A DNA stretch of 64,000 nucleotides from the NCBI RefSeq assembly GCF_009914755.1, contig NC_060930.1, one strand, 5' to 3'. The stretch is from the human T2T-CHM13v2.0 reference genome, Homo sapiens. This document shows, in pieces, positions 13,871 to 26,347 of this stretch. A program made the translations under genes and the position numbers. Below the pieces are notes generated by a model, which made no database searches, had not been told where the DNA came from, and saw only the letters and a program-made list of their open reading frames with translations. The number at the start of each line of letters is the position of its first letter. Position 1 is the first letter of the stretch.

Positions 13871-14554
13871 GGGTGTGTGGGTATGACTCTGTGTGTCTGT
13901 ATGAATGTGATATACGTGTTTCCGTGGAACGTTGCCAAGTCCAGATTTGCCCTGTGGTGGCGTGAACCAGTGTAATGCCTGGGGAGAATAGAGCGAAGTA
14001 CATAGAAGTGAAAGCCATTCAGGAGGTATCTTTTGCCTTTTCCCTTCATGAAAATGAAGGTGAATATGTTTTAAAAATTTTATGCAGCTTTGCACTCCTT
14101 GGAAGCTCTAGGTCTAAAGTCAGCTAGCCAGGGCGCACACCCAGCCCTTTGCTGAGGAGCCTCTCAGCAGAATGTTTTGGCTCCGGCAGACTAACGGCAG
14201 TTCCTTTAGGATTGCTGCTCTTTCGAGTGACTTAGGCTGCAGGACTTGCTGCCCAGCATTGCCCAGTCAGGACACTAATCAGTGTGGCTCGGTTGAATAG
14301 GAGAGCTTTAACTGCATTCTCTTGTGAGAATGCAGTTGAAGAATGCCAAGAGGAGTGTACAATTCAAATGCGTTAGTGCTTGTAACACGTGGTTCCAGTT
14401 CTCTCCCTCTTGGCTTGTATGGTATAAATTGTGTACAGGTAATTAAGTTATTTTATAGAGGCCATCTCCACTGGGAAACTTTGCTGCCATGGAAATTGTT
14501 GAATATTAACCAGTTGATGATAAAGTTGCAAGTTGTTTGTATTATATATGTATT

Positions 14555-14845
14555 TTTTTGTATTTTTTTTTGGGGGGGGGTAGGAAGTTTTGCTCTCATT
14601 ACTCAGGCTGGAGTGCAATGGCGCAAGCTTGGCTCACCGCAACCTCTGCCTCCTGGGTTCAAGTGATTCTCCTGCCCCAGCCTCCTGAGTAGCTGGGATT
14701 ACAGGCACGTGCCACCACACCCAGCTAATTTTTTATTTTTAGTAGAGACGTGGGAGACTGTTATCGAACTCCCGACCTCAGGTGATCCTCCCGCCTCGGC
14801 TTCCCAAAGTGCTGGGATTACCGGCGTGAGCCACCGCGCCTGGCC
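14555..14845 (-). mobile_element. AluS with internal deletion and altered tail
   Basis: Reverse Alu with ~20 bp lost or replaced near 14750-14763 and a G-run at the tail junction. Confidence 0.9.
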
Positions 14846-17241
14846 GGTATATATTAACGTCATATTTTTAGGATTAAAACAAATTTTTCTTGGAGACATG
14901 GACTTAAAACTTTAAGTGAAATATGAACATTTTCTTGGCTCATTTTAGGCATTTAGTACTCAGGCAAAAAACGTATTTGTTGATAATTGTTGTATCTGAA
15001 ATGAAATAGTCAATTAGTACACTTTCTTTAGATGAAATATACACATACACGAAAACACTTTTAAACTATACAGATATAAGTGGTATTAGTTGAAGCTGTA
15101 TTTTAAATTATTTAGACATTTAAAAAGTGCTGAGGTGTGTAGATTCTTCACAAATGTGAAGACCTAGAATATTACAGAAAAGATAGGAAGAAAAATAAGT
15201 ATAAGAATATAGTATGTGTATTATAGGATAATAGGGTAATTAGGATGGAAGATGGAATTGTTTTCTAATTCTATTTAAGTACAGAAATATAATTACTATT
15301 GATATTTTGCTTTTACAATTGGAGATAATCTCGTGATGACATATGGAAACCTTGGGAATTACTATTTTGTAAATAAGCTTAAAGCGTACTAGACATAAAT
15401 GTTCAGTCTGGTATTTAGAGAATAATGGAATAGTTAAATATGGGGCTTATTAGGTAAATTATTCATTGTTTTGATTTTAAAAAAGAAGCTCTTCTAACAA
15501 GTCATGACAAAGCAAATATCATATGGGTTCATTTTCTTTAGGGAAATAGATTTTGTTAGTATTTCATTTTTATAATCATTGCTGTTGAAGCATTTTGCCT
15601 ACAAACTAAATTGGCTGGATAAAAGATGTACTTTAAGATAGGGATGGGTAGAGATAAGGATAGGGGTAATCTCCTAAAATAAATTTCATTTCTGAAATCG
15701 GTAATAATAGAAAGTTGATTGAAAACATAACATGATTTGTTTTATTCCACTTTATTTTTGGCAATCATAAGATACTGACTAGTTTAGAATCAATGTATAT
15801 ATTTTTTCCCTCTGAGCCCAGGCTTAGTGAATTGCTGTCAAACATCACCTTTGTTACTGTCACTGTGTAGATCATCTAGCTAGTGTGCTTGGCTCCTCAT
15901 AGTGTGTGGACTTCACACTCATTTTGCCTCTTCAGTCTCAGTCTCCCAATTGTAACATGTTGCCACACTTTAACCAGCTTAACTTGGGCTTTCAAGATCA
16001 TGTGAACACAGTATGAATTACTAATCAGTAGAATGTTCGTTCCATTGATGTCACTACTTATCCCTTGATTATAAAACCCCCTTAAACATTCTATTAAAAA
16101 ACAAAATGCTTGCTTGTGGAGTTTTACTTTGCATCTTTGAGTATTGTGTGCATCTGAAGATAAAACATGATTTAAATTAAGTATTCACTGTCGGTTCATT
16201 TATCTGCTTGCCCTATTTTCCTCATTACATTTGGGGGATTCAGAAAATAGGAAACTCGTCCCTTTGATGTGATGGAACACAGGGAAATAATTTTTTTTTT
16301 TAATTTAAAGAAACATAGTCTTCTTTCTATTGGTTTGAGGCAATAGCTTTTTAGAGTTAGGTCCAGTTAGCATATGGCTCTTTTGGTTTTATCATCTTCT
16401 CTTCTCCATTTACCGTCTCCCACTCTTCCAAAATAGAAGAGAATTCTAAACTTTAAATCATACTGAAAAGTTTTGACTAAAAATCTCTTTATAATCCTTA
16501 ATGGTATCAAAATTAACATTAGTTTTCACAAATTAACCTTTCCTTGCTCTAAAAATCAGAGAACTAAGAAGGCTTTGAAAAGAATAAAGTCCTTAAAAAG
16601 AAACCAAGAACAGTATATAAAAGATTATTTATTTAGAACAGAATACTTAGAGGGTGAGAACTAATATCATTTGGATTTTTTATTAGGTCATAGGGAGGTT
16701 CTGTCCATGCAAAGTGATGTAGTATTTTGAATTCTTGCAATAATCACAGATCAAAATTGAGGTTAAATATTGTTGTTTTCTTTTTCACCCAGGCCTGGGA
16801 CTGGCAGGCTGCATGGCTTTGTGGCTGAGGCTGGAAGCAGAGCCTATCAAAGTCCCCTCTCTTGCAAAAAAAAAAGAAATTCTTTTCTGTTTTTGAAGAA
16901 AGGTTAAGGTTGATATCTCAGCAAAGCTACTTGAAGGAAGTGATTGGTCTTGACCCAGCACTTGTAATGCAGTACTTACAAAATCATCCAGATTCTGGCT
17001 TTTTGGATTTCGTGGGACTTTGTGTCAGAGTGGTTTTCAAAAGAGGGCCTTCATTCCAACTGTGTGGATGACACTGATGTTACTCAATTTTTCTAGGGTT
17101 TCTGAGGAACAGCGATCCTGCTCTGGGCTGGGTCCCTGTGTAACAAGATTACATTGCTGAGTGAGATATTTAAACATAAGACATTTCCTGTAAGTGTCAT
17201 ATGCAGAAAAGGAGGTTAAGGAACTTTATTTACAGTGTCTT

Positions 17242-17537
17242 GGCTGGATGCTGTGGCTGGCGGCTGTAAACCCAGCACTTTGCGAGGCCAAGGCGTGAGG
17301 ATCACTTGAGGTCAGGAGTTTGAGACCAGCCTGAACAACATGGTGAAACTCCGTCTGTACCAAAAATAAAAAAATTAACTGAGGTGGTGGCATGCTCCTG
17401 TAGTCTCAGCTACTTGGGAGGCTGAGGCAGTAGATTCGCTTGAATCCAGGAGGCAGAGATTGTAGTGAGCTGAGATTGTGCCACTGTACTCCAGTCTGGG
17501 CAACACAGTGAGACTCCATCTCAAAAAAAAAAAAAAA
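17242..17537 (+). mobile_element. AluS
   Basis: Full Alu dimer with poly-A. Confidence 0.93.
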
Positions 17538-17576
17538 GTGTCTAATAATCAGAATCTAAAACTGTATCCTAGAATG

Positions 17577-17765
17577 GCACTGCCCAGTATGGTGGCCATT
17601 AGCTGTAAGTAATAATTTAAATTCAGATTAAAGTTAAAAATGTGGTTTCTCAGTCACAGTAGCTACTTTTAAGTACTCACTAGCTCAGTAACTAGTGATT
17701 ACCCTATTGAGGAACACAGATATACAACATTTTCATCCTTCAAGAAAGTTATGTTGGACAGTGCT
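17577..17765 (-). mobile_element. MER3 (hAT-Charlie MITE)
   Basis: Ends GAAAGTTATGTTGGACAGTGCTG, the reverse of the MER3 start; internal TCTCAGTCACAGTAGCTAC...AAGTACTCA. Confidence 0.75.
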
Positions 17766-19418
17766 GTTCTAGAATGTTGACTGATGGGCAGCCAGAATTT
17801 TCAAGCCTGTTTTCTTGTGGGCTCTCTAGATCCCTTTTTTTCTTACATTCTGAACATGAGGGACTTAGCTAATTTAGCTCTAAATTTCTTTCCGGCCCTA
17901 ACATAGTTTATTTCCACTGGGAGAAGCAATGCTATTGTTAATCCAGATTACTGGGATGTGTTCCTTTGGTCAGGAATGGGAATTAACATTTCAGTAATGG
18001 GAATTATAATGTAGTCTGTAATTTGAACCTTTTTTGAAGTGTTACTTTTGAGTCAGACATTTTAGCTCTTTTAGCACTGTTAAACTGGCAACCTCAGCGG
18101 CTTGTACAGGGAGGTATTGGTCTAACAATCAGTTTCTTTTTGGTTCAAAGAATTTTTGAAGCTACTCACCTTTTTGAAAGTTGATAGGTTGTAGATAGGC
18201 TCTAGTTAGCTTTTATGACTTTTGTGGAGGAAAAATATTTGTTTTCACAAATGTAAATCTCATGGCAGCTTTTTATATGTGATTAGGGATAAGTGCATTG
18301 GATTTTCTGGTAAATTCAGGTTACCATATATAGAGAAAGGTGGGGTATATTGGAATTTCCAGCAGTAGTGGACAAAACCAAACTGATCTGTGATGCACCC
18401 AGGCTAATAGAAATAAGTGAATGAAAATGCATGTCATCCATGAGGCTGAGGGACAGAGCTGCAACAGTGCCAGGCACCTGAAGTTTTGGCTACAGCTATT
18501 AACTCGAGGGATGATGTACTAGCTAACTACATCTGTTCATTTAGCTGTACCAGATGTCCCATATCATAGGCAAGTTCGAATTTATTAGGGCAGAAGAATG
18601 TCCTGGGAGAGGTCATTGATGCCACTTGCTACCGCTCTGGCCTTGGATGGAAGAGGAGGGCCAAGCCACACCAGAGCATTTTGTTTCCAGGTTGTGGATA
18701 AGCTCTAGTTAGCTTTATTGATACTTTAGTCATTACCTGGCAGAGTGAGGTTGGTGATGTACTTAGGACCTTTTTGGGAGTGTCTTTTCTCATTTATTTC
18801 TGCTGAAGTAGAGTGGTGTGGAGGAACAGCTGTTGATGTATCTGCTTCTTGGACTCTTACACACTGATAAGTTGAAGTGCAGTTGCATAAAATAATCACA
18901 CTCACAGCCACACTTCCTGGAAGGAGAAACATTCTGACCGTTCAAGAATATCACAAACACTCTTCCTGTAGTCAGCTTCTTTGTCCAGGCACTTGGTTTT
19001 ATTCATTTATTTTTTACAAGAAAGTAAAAAAAAATTTCTGTGGCTTATGGTACCTAACTGGAAGAGTGGAGGCAGGAAGTTGAGGAACACAGAGTGGGTG
19101 GTGGGCTTTGCTGTCAGTTCTGTGCTTTGAAAGCTTTTATCTATTTCAGATCATAATTTTTTAATGGCAGCCCTTTCTAGGATGCTTTCGGCAGAAAAAT
19201 GTACTGGCAAAATCGTCTCCTGAAAAGATTTACGATGAGACACATAAAGTACATTGAGTAGTATAGTTATTCTTAAACTAGTCATAAGAGTATTAACTAG
19301 CAATAAATAATAAAAAATAAACCAGAGGTAGGAGAAGGTATGGTGATTTCAATGTGAGTTGCTTTTGGATTTATGATTTCTTGGTTTCTGTGCCTAAGGA
19401 GGCATGGATGGTATTATT

Positions 19419-19741
<323 letters not shown>

Positions 19742-19925
19742 TCAGTTGCTGCTGAAATCTAAAAAAACCAGGTTTTTCAAGTCCTTATGTGTTCGTGTGT
19801 GAAACTTTGCTTGTACATACAAAATTTTTACATTGTTTAACTTTACTGCATGCAGTTTAGTTTGCCTTTTCCTTTTAATATAACTTAAAGGTATTCTCTT
19901 ACGAAGTGGAGAACTGTTCTGTGGA

Positions 19926-20015
19926 CTGATCAGCAGTGGGTTTGAGCCTGTAAATCGCCACTGCACTCCAGCCTGGGTAACATAATGAGGCTTTGTTGCT
20001 TTAAAAAAAAAAAAA
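19926..20015 (+). pseudogene. 5'-truncated 7SL (SRP RNA) retrocopy with poly-A
   Basis: CTGATCAGCAGTGGGTTTGAGCCTGTAAATCGCCACTGCACTCCAGCC matches 7SL CTGATCAGTAGTGGGATCGCGCCTGTGAATAGCCACTGCAC, which includes S-domain sequence absent from Alu. Confidence 0.75.
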
Positions 20016-20023
20016 GTGGAGGA

Positions 20024-20334
20024 TGCCAGACTTGGTGGCTCATGCCTGTAATCCCAGCACTTTGGGTGGCTGAGGTGGGCAGATCACCTGAGGTCAGGAG
20101 TTCGAGACCAGCCTGGACAACATGGTAAAACCCCATCTCTACTGAAAATACAGAAATTAGCTGGGCTTAATGGCCTGCGCCTGTAATCCCAGCTACTCGG
20201 GAAGCTGAAGCAGGCGAATCACTTGAATCAGGAGGTGGAGGTTGCAGTGAGCCAAGATTGCACTACTGCACTCCAGCCTGGGCAATAGAGTGAGACTCCG
20301 GCTCGAAAAATGAAATGAAATAAAATAAAATAAA
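20024..20334 (+). mobile_element. AluS
   Basis: Full Alu with mixed AAATG/AAAAT tail. Confidence 0.93.
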
Positions 20335-22179
20335 TGGAGAAGTGTTTTTGTATATTGACCCACAAAAATACTTGCATGTAGAAACTTTTAATTTTTTTTA
20401 TTGATTTGGGAGGACATGTTCATGTAGTCTCTGAGGCCTGAGTTCCCTGTTTCTGTGGATCAGTCACTGTTAACTAGCTCACCCTGTTCCCCCAACCTCA
20501 CCCATGCTGTAGCACTTCCAATATGTGCTTAAAACCGTGCATTTTATTTGTAAGGCTGATGATCTTCTTCAGGGAATATTGAGCAGGATCTATTAAGGAA
20601 CAGTTGCTTTGACTTAAATGAAAAAGTCTTTGCAACTGACAGATAAAATCTTGAGTGAAAATGTGTGGAGTACTGCACTCTTGTATAGTAGGATCTCTTT
20701 AGGGGATCTCAAAAATCCTGATCTGTGGAAGTGTATGTCCCTACAAACTGCATTTTCTTACCCTTGGTTTTAAACTTTCTAGGATTATATATTCTAATAT
20801 GATAGTTGAAAGCCACCAAATTTACCTAAATAGTTTTCATTCTAAATAAATTAGATTTTTACATTGTGTGTGTTTTTGGTTGGAGTTAGGGACAGGAAGA
20901 GTAGACTGTTGGTTTTGTGTTTAAAGTTGCGGTGCAGAAAAGTCATTGGACAGAGATCTGTGTAATTTGGAGGTGAGTTGGAAGGGAAAGGACACAGAAG
21001 GTGGTCAAAGGGGAAGACTGGGGCAAGGGGGATGAGGATGGGGACACACAGAGGAAAGTAGAATGGTGGGATTATAATTGGGAATGAAGTTGCTTTGTGG
21101 CCACCATCGTTTAGTCAAACTGTGAGAGGTGGTCTCATCTGTAAGGCTAGAGTAATTAATGTGAAAAGGTGGTGGTTAGGGTGAATGAGATGTTCTGTCT
21201 TTTCTTGAAGTGTGGTATGTGAGTCCCCTGGGACCTTACAGGAAAGTGCTAATGATCACAGGATGACAGCTGAGATACAGATTCCAAACTAAAGTTTAGT
21301 GGAAATAGCAGCAGCTTTCAGCAAAATTGGTGTTCCATCATTTTAGAAACCCACGGGCTCTTCTGCTAAGACCATAGATACCTTCTTAGCCAGTTAAAGA
21401 AAAATGCTTCATGGTTTCTCTTTGCAGCAGGCCATGGAGACTCAACCTACCTTTCTTTTATTGATATTGCCACAACCTATTAATTCCATTCCTTGGGATT
21501 GATTTTTCTTCTCTCCTCTTTCCCCCATGCCTGGTGGGGAATTCAACAGTCTTGCCCATCGTCTGTTTAACTTGCTCTTCTTAGAAAAACAACTCACACA
21601 AGCCCTTCTTTTTTAAAAGATTTTACAGTGAATACATATGGGGAAGTTACATTAGATCTTAAAGAATTTAACAGTAGTATTTCCTGGGGAATGGGACCTT
21701 TTCTTATTTGCTGAGAGGCTGATGAAGGGCCCCCTTTCTCGTCTATCCCAAACTCCTCCAAAACTCCGAAGATGAAGGGCATACTGATCTCTTATCTCCA
21801 GAAAACCAGCTGAACCAAGTGGCTAGGCATGGGTTTTGGAATCAAAGATCTGGATTGGAATCAAAGACGTGAGTTTACCTCTGTGTCTCTTTATCTTTAA
21901 AAAAATAGTATCTTAGAGTTGGCTTTGAGATTTAATGAGCTCTGATGCCTCTCAAGCCCTTGCCACAGAGCCTGGTCATGGTAATTACATTTATTAAAGG
22001 CCAGCTTCCCAACTTGAAAGAAGGAGCACTGATGGCAGATTAGTAAATACAGAACTATCTTACCTCATATGGGAAATTTGCATTTATAGTGATCTCCAGA
22101 CTGATGCCACCTTATTAATTGGTGAAGTTTCTGACCAGCTTTTGGCCCCTTTGGCCATTTTCCAGAGCCAGTCCTTTTT

Positions 22180-22785
22180 CCAGCAAGTGTTAAGCACTCT
22201 ATTGTGTGTCTTGAGCTATGCTAGGCAAGAGATACCTTGGTCTGGCTTCTGCCCTGAGAAAGCTCACGGTCTAGAAGGGGAGATGGATCAATAAACTGAC
22301 AAAACAGTGTTCGAGAAGTGCTCTGGGAGATCACTGAGTATTGTGAGAACTCTAATGGGCAGCTTACCTAGATGGGAACTGAGGGCGGCCAGGAGAGCTT
22401 CTCATGAGTTAGGTTTGAGCTAGATATGAAAGACGAGCAGAAGTTAACCACATGAAGATGGTAAGGAGGGGATTTCTGGGCAGAGGGAACAGCATGTACA
22501 GAGAGGCACAGAGGAATGGGAAAGTGTGCTGAATTAAGAGAGGTGCAAACACAAGTCCATATGTTAGCTGCAGTGTATGGCAGGAGGCAAGACAAACCTG
22601 GGGAGATGAGCAGGGGCCAGTTATGAAGATACTTCATTGCTGCACTGTTGAACTTAAGGATCAGGAAGCAACTGGGAAGCATTTAAAGATTTTAAGCATG
22701 GATAACAGATGATATTTATAATATGTTTCAAAAAAGTTAATGTGGAGGATGCATTGGAGTGTATAGGCAGAGAGACCAGTTAGAG
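22180..22785 (-). mobile_element. L2 remnant
   Basis: GCTCACGGTCTAGAAGGGGAGA, GGCAGAGGGAACAGCATGTACAGAG, GATTTTAAGCA motifs. Confidence 0.7.
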
Positions 22786-22786
22786 C

Positions 22787-22942
22787 AATTAAACCTTTTT
22801 GGACCATGGATCCCTTTGGCAATCTGGTGAAGTCGTGGACCCCTTCTGAGAATAATGCATAAAACAAAACACTTGTAATTACAAAGGAAACCGGTTAGCC
22901 TGTGGACCATGGGAGCCTGTGGACCCTAGATAAAGTAACCCT
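22787..22942 (+). mobile_element. hAT-Charlie element remnant (MER119-like)
   Basis: CCATGGATCCCTTTGGCAATCTGGTGAAGTCGTGGACCCCTTCTGAGAATAATG...TTACAAAGGAAACC. Confidence 0.55.
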
Positions 22943-23464
22943 GGGAGAAGGCAGCAGTAGGGGGCTGAAAATAATTGTAGGCTGGCAGTGGGGAGTGAAG
23001 AGGGGGCTTAAGTTTAAGAGCAGCGACAGATTGGATGGTGGGGAGTGGTGGTAAAGGAGAAGAGAGGCAGCAGGGTCTGACATGGACTGCAGGATGGAAG
23101 ATGATGTCAGGTCACTTGCGGTGGGTGTAGAAGTTCTTTCACTTACAAACTCTAGATATGAAAGGTCATTTGTGAATTCATCTATTCCTAAATCCAAAGT
23201 GAAATTGGAGAAGCAACTAGTAGTGCCCTCTGTCAGTGGTATGCATTGTTTTGTACAGTAGGAAAAAGTTCATGCTTTGGAAGTTCTTAAGTTGAAGTGA
23301 TTCAGTGAATTTGTACTAGAAGATGGTAATGGGTGGTGAGAGAGATGATTAGTTTTAGACAGGTTAAGTTTACTTACTGGTGAATTATAGACAGCTTATA
23401 AGACAGTTTCTTGCTTTGCTTTGCTTTTCTCTTCCCTTCCCTCCCCCTCTCCCCTCTCTCCTCG

Positions 23465-23730
23465 ACAGGGTCTCGCTCTGTTGCCCAGGAGGCTAGAGTG
23501 CAGTGACAGGATCATAGTTCACTGTAGCCTCGAACTCCTGGGCTTAAGTGATCCTTCTGCCTGAGCCTCTGAAGTAGCTAGGACTACAGGTGCATGCCAC
23601 CACACCTGCCAAATTTTAAAGTTTTTCTTTTTTTTTTGTAGAGATGGGGGTCTGTCTCTGTTTCTCAAGCTGGTTTTGAACCTCTGGCCTCAAGTGATCC
23701 TCCCGTCTTGGCCTCCCAAAACATTGGGAC
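23465..23730 (-). mobile_element. AluJ lacking its first ~20 nt, fused to a 7SL copy
   Basis: AluJ-type CACTGTAGCCTCGAACTCCTGGGC; pyrimidine-rich degenerate tail at 23408-23462. Confidence 0.85.
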
Positions 23731-23966
23731 GGGCGTGATCCCACTACTGATGAGCACAGGAGTTTTGACCTGCTCCATTTCTAACCTGGGCCAGTTCACT
23801 CCTCCTTTGGTAACCTGATGGTCCTTTGTTCATGGCAGGTCACCATATTGATGCTGAATTTAGTGTGGACACCTGATCAGCATAATGCAGTACTGCCCAG
23901 AACTCCTGGGCTCAAGCAGTCCACCTCAGCCTCCCAAGTAGCTGTGACTACAGGCATGCTACCATT
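23729..23966 (-). pseudogene. 7SL/SRP RNA pseudogene (RN7SL-type), 3' ~50 nt missing
   Basis: GATCCCACTACTGATGAGCACAGGAGTTTTGACCTGCTCC...AGGTCACCATATTGATGCTGAATTTAGTGTGGACACCTGATCAGCATA is the reverse complement of the 7SL S domain, followed by the Alu domain. Confidence 0.92.
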
Positions 23967-24312
23967 GTATCTTTTTTTATGTGAATTTTTTATTGAAATA
24001 TAAATAATGAAAAATACATGAATCTTCAGTGTATAGCTAAATGAATTTTCACAAAGTGAATATGCCTGTGTAACCAGAAATAGCTAACAAGAAATAGCAT
24101 TTCCGGCCCCCAAGAATCCCTCTTCCTGTCCTCTTCCAGTAACTGCTCCCTTCCTCTCTCAGGGGTAATCACTATCCCAACTTGTACCATCACAGATTAC
24201 TTACAATTTTTTTCTTCTTAGATGTTTTTCTACTTTTTAATTGAAGTATGACTTAGTTTACTGCAAACATTTCAAGTGTGTACTTTGGTAGATTAAAAAA
24301 AATAGACTTCAT

Positions 24313-24618
<306 letters not shown>

Positions 24619-25450
24619 TCATTTTTGAAAAGGAGTTTCAGGTTTACAACAAAATTTACTAGAAGGTAAAAAGAGAGAGTTCCCATATACCCTTTAACTG
24701 TCTACACACACAGCCTCCCCTACTATCGACATCTCACATTAGTGTGGAACATTTTATAGAATTGATGAACCTACAGTGACACATCATTATCACTCAAAGC
24801 CCATAGTTTGCAGTGGGATTCACTCTTGGTGGTGGTATATTCAGTGGATTTTGACAATGTGTAATGAATCTACCATTATAATGTCATATAGAACATTTCA
24901 CTGCCGTAAAAACCCTCTCTGCTCTGCCTGTTCATCTCTCCCTTCTCTTCAACCTTTGGCAACAACTTTTCATTGTCTCCCTAATTTTGGCTTTTCCAAA
25001 ATTTCATATTGTTGGAATCATACAGTATGTAGCCTTTTCAGATTGACTTCTTTTATATAGTAATAAGCATTTAAGTTCCTTCCATGTCTTTTCATGGCTT
25101 GCTAGCTCATTTTTAGTGCTGAATAATATTCCAGTGTCTGAATTATACTACAGTTTATCCACTTACCTACTGGAAGACATCTTGATTGCTTCCAAGTTTT
25201 GGCAATTATGAATAAGGCTGCTAGGAACATCTGTGTGCAGGTTTTTGTGTGGACATAAGTTTTCAGCTCATTTGGTTACATACCAAGGAACACAACTGCT
25301 GGATCATATGATAAGAGTATGTTTAGTTTTGTAAGAAACTGCGAAACTCTAACAAATGATTGTACCATTTTGCATTCCTATCAGCAGTGAATGAGAGTTC
25401 CTGTTGCTCCATATCCTTGTCAGCATTTGGTGGTGTTGAATGCTGACACT

Positions 25451-25605
25451 ATATGATACATATGCATATATCATTATGTATATATAATGATATATGCTCA
25501 TATGCATATATCATTATGCATATATAATGATATATGCTCATATATGCATATATCATGCATATATAATGATATATGCTCATATGCATATATCATTATGATA
25601 TATGT
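25451..25605. repeat. AT-rich ~40-bp palindromic minisatellite (~3.7 copies)
   Basis: Unit CATATGCATATATCATTATGYATATATAATGATATATGCT starting at 25459, 25499, 25539 and 25578. Confidence 0.9.
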
Positions 25606-25929
25606 GTGTATGCATGTATGTTTCAAAAAAAAAAACTAGATACTACCAGTTTTCAAAAATGATTATATCGGTTTACATTCATACCACCAGTATATGAGAG
25701 TTCCGGTTAGTCCACATTTTGTCAATAGTTGCTGTTGATGGTCACTTTCATTTTGGTTGTATAAAGTTATTGCATTTTTCTTTTAATTTATATTTCTCTG
25801 ATGACTAACAAAATAGAGCATCTTTTTTCATTGGCCATTTGGCTAAACTTTGTTGTGAGGTGCCTGTTTAAGCATTTTGCTTACGTTTCTATTAGGTCAT
25901 CTGCTTTTTTCTCATTCATTTGTAAGAGG

Positions 25930-26347
<418 letters not shown>

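Noticed and set aside
14343-14666. 107-aa ATG ORF (MPRGVYNS...) as an alternative ZFAND3 N-terminus
   Set aside because: No recognisable domain and it runs into an Alu. ATG to the donor at 14438 is 96 nt (phase 0), incompatible with the phase-2 junction of exon 1.
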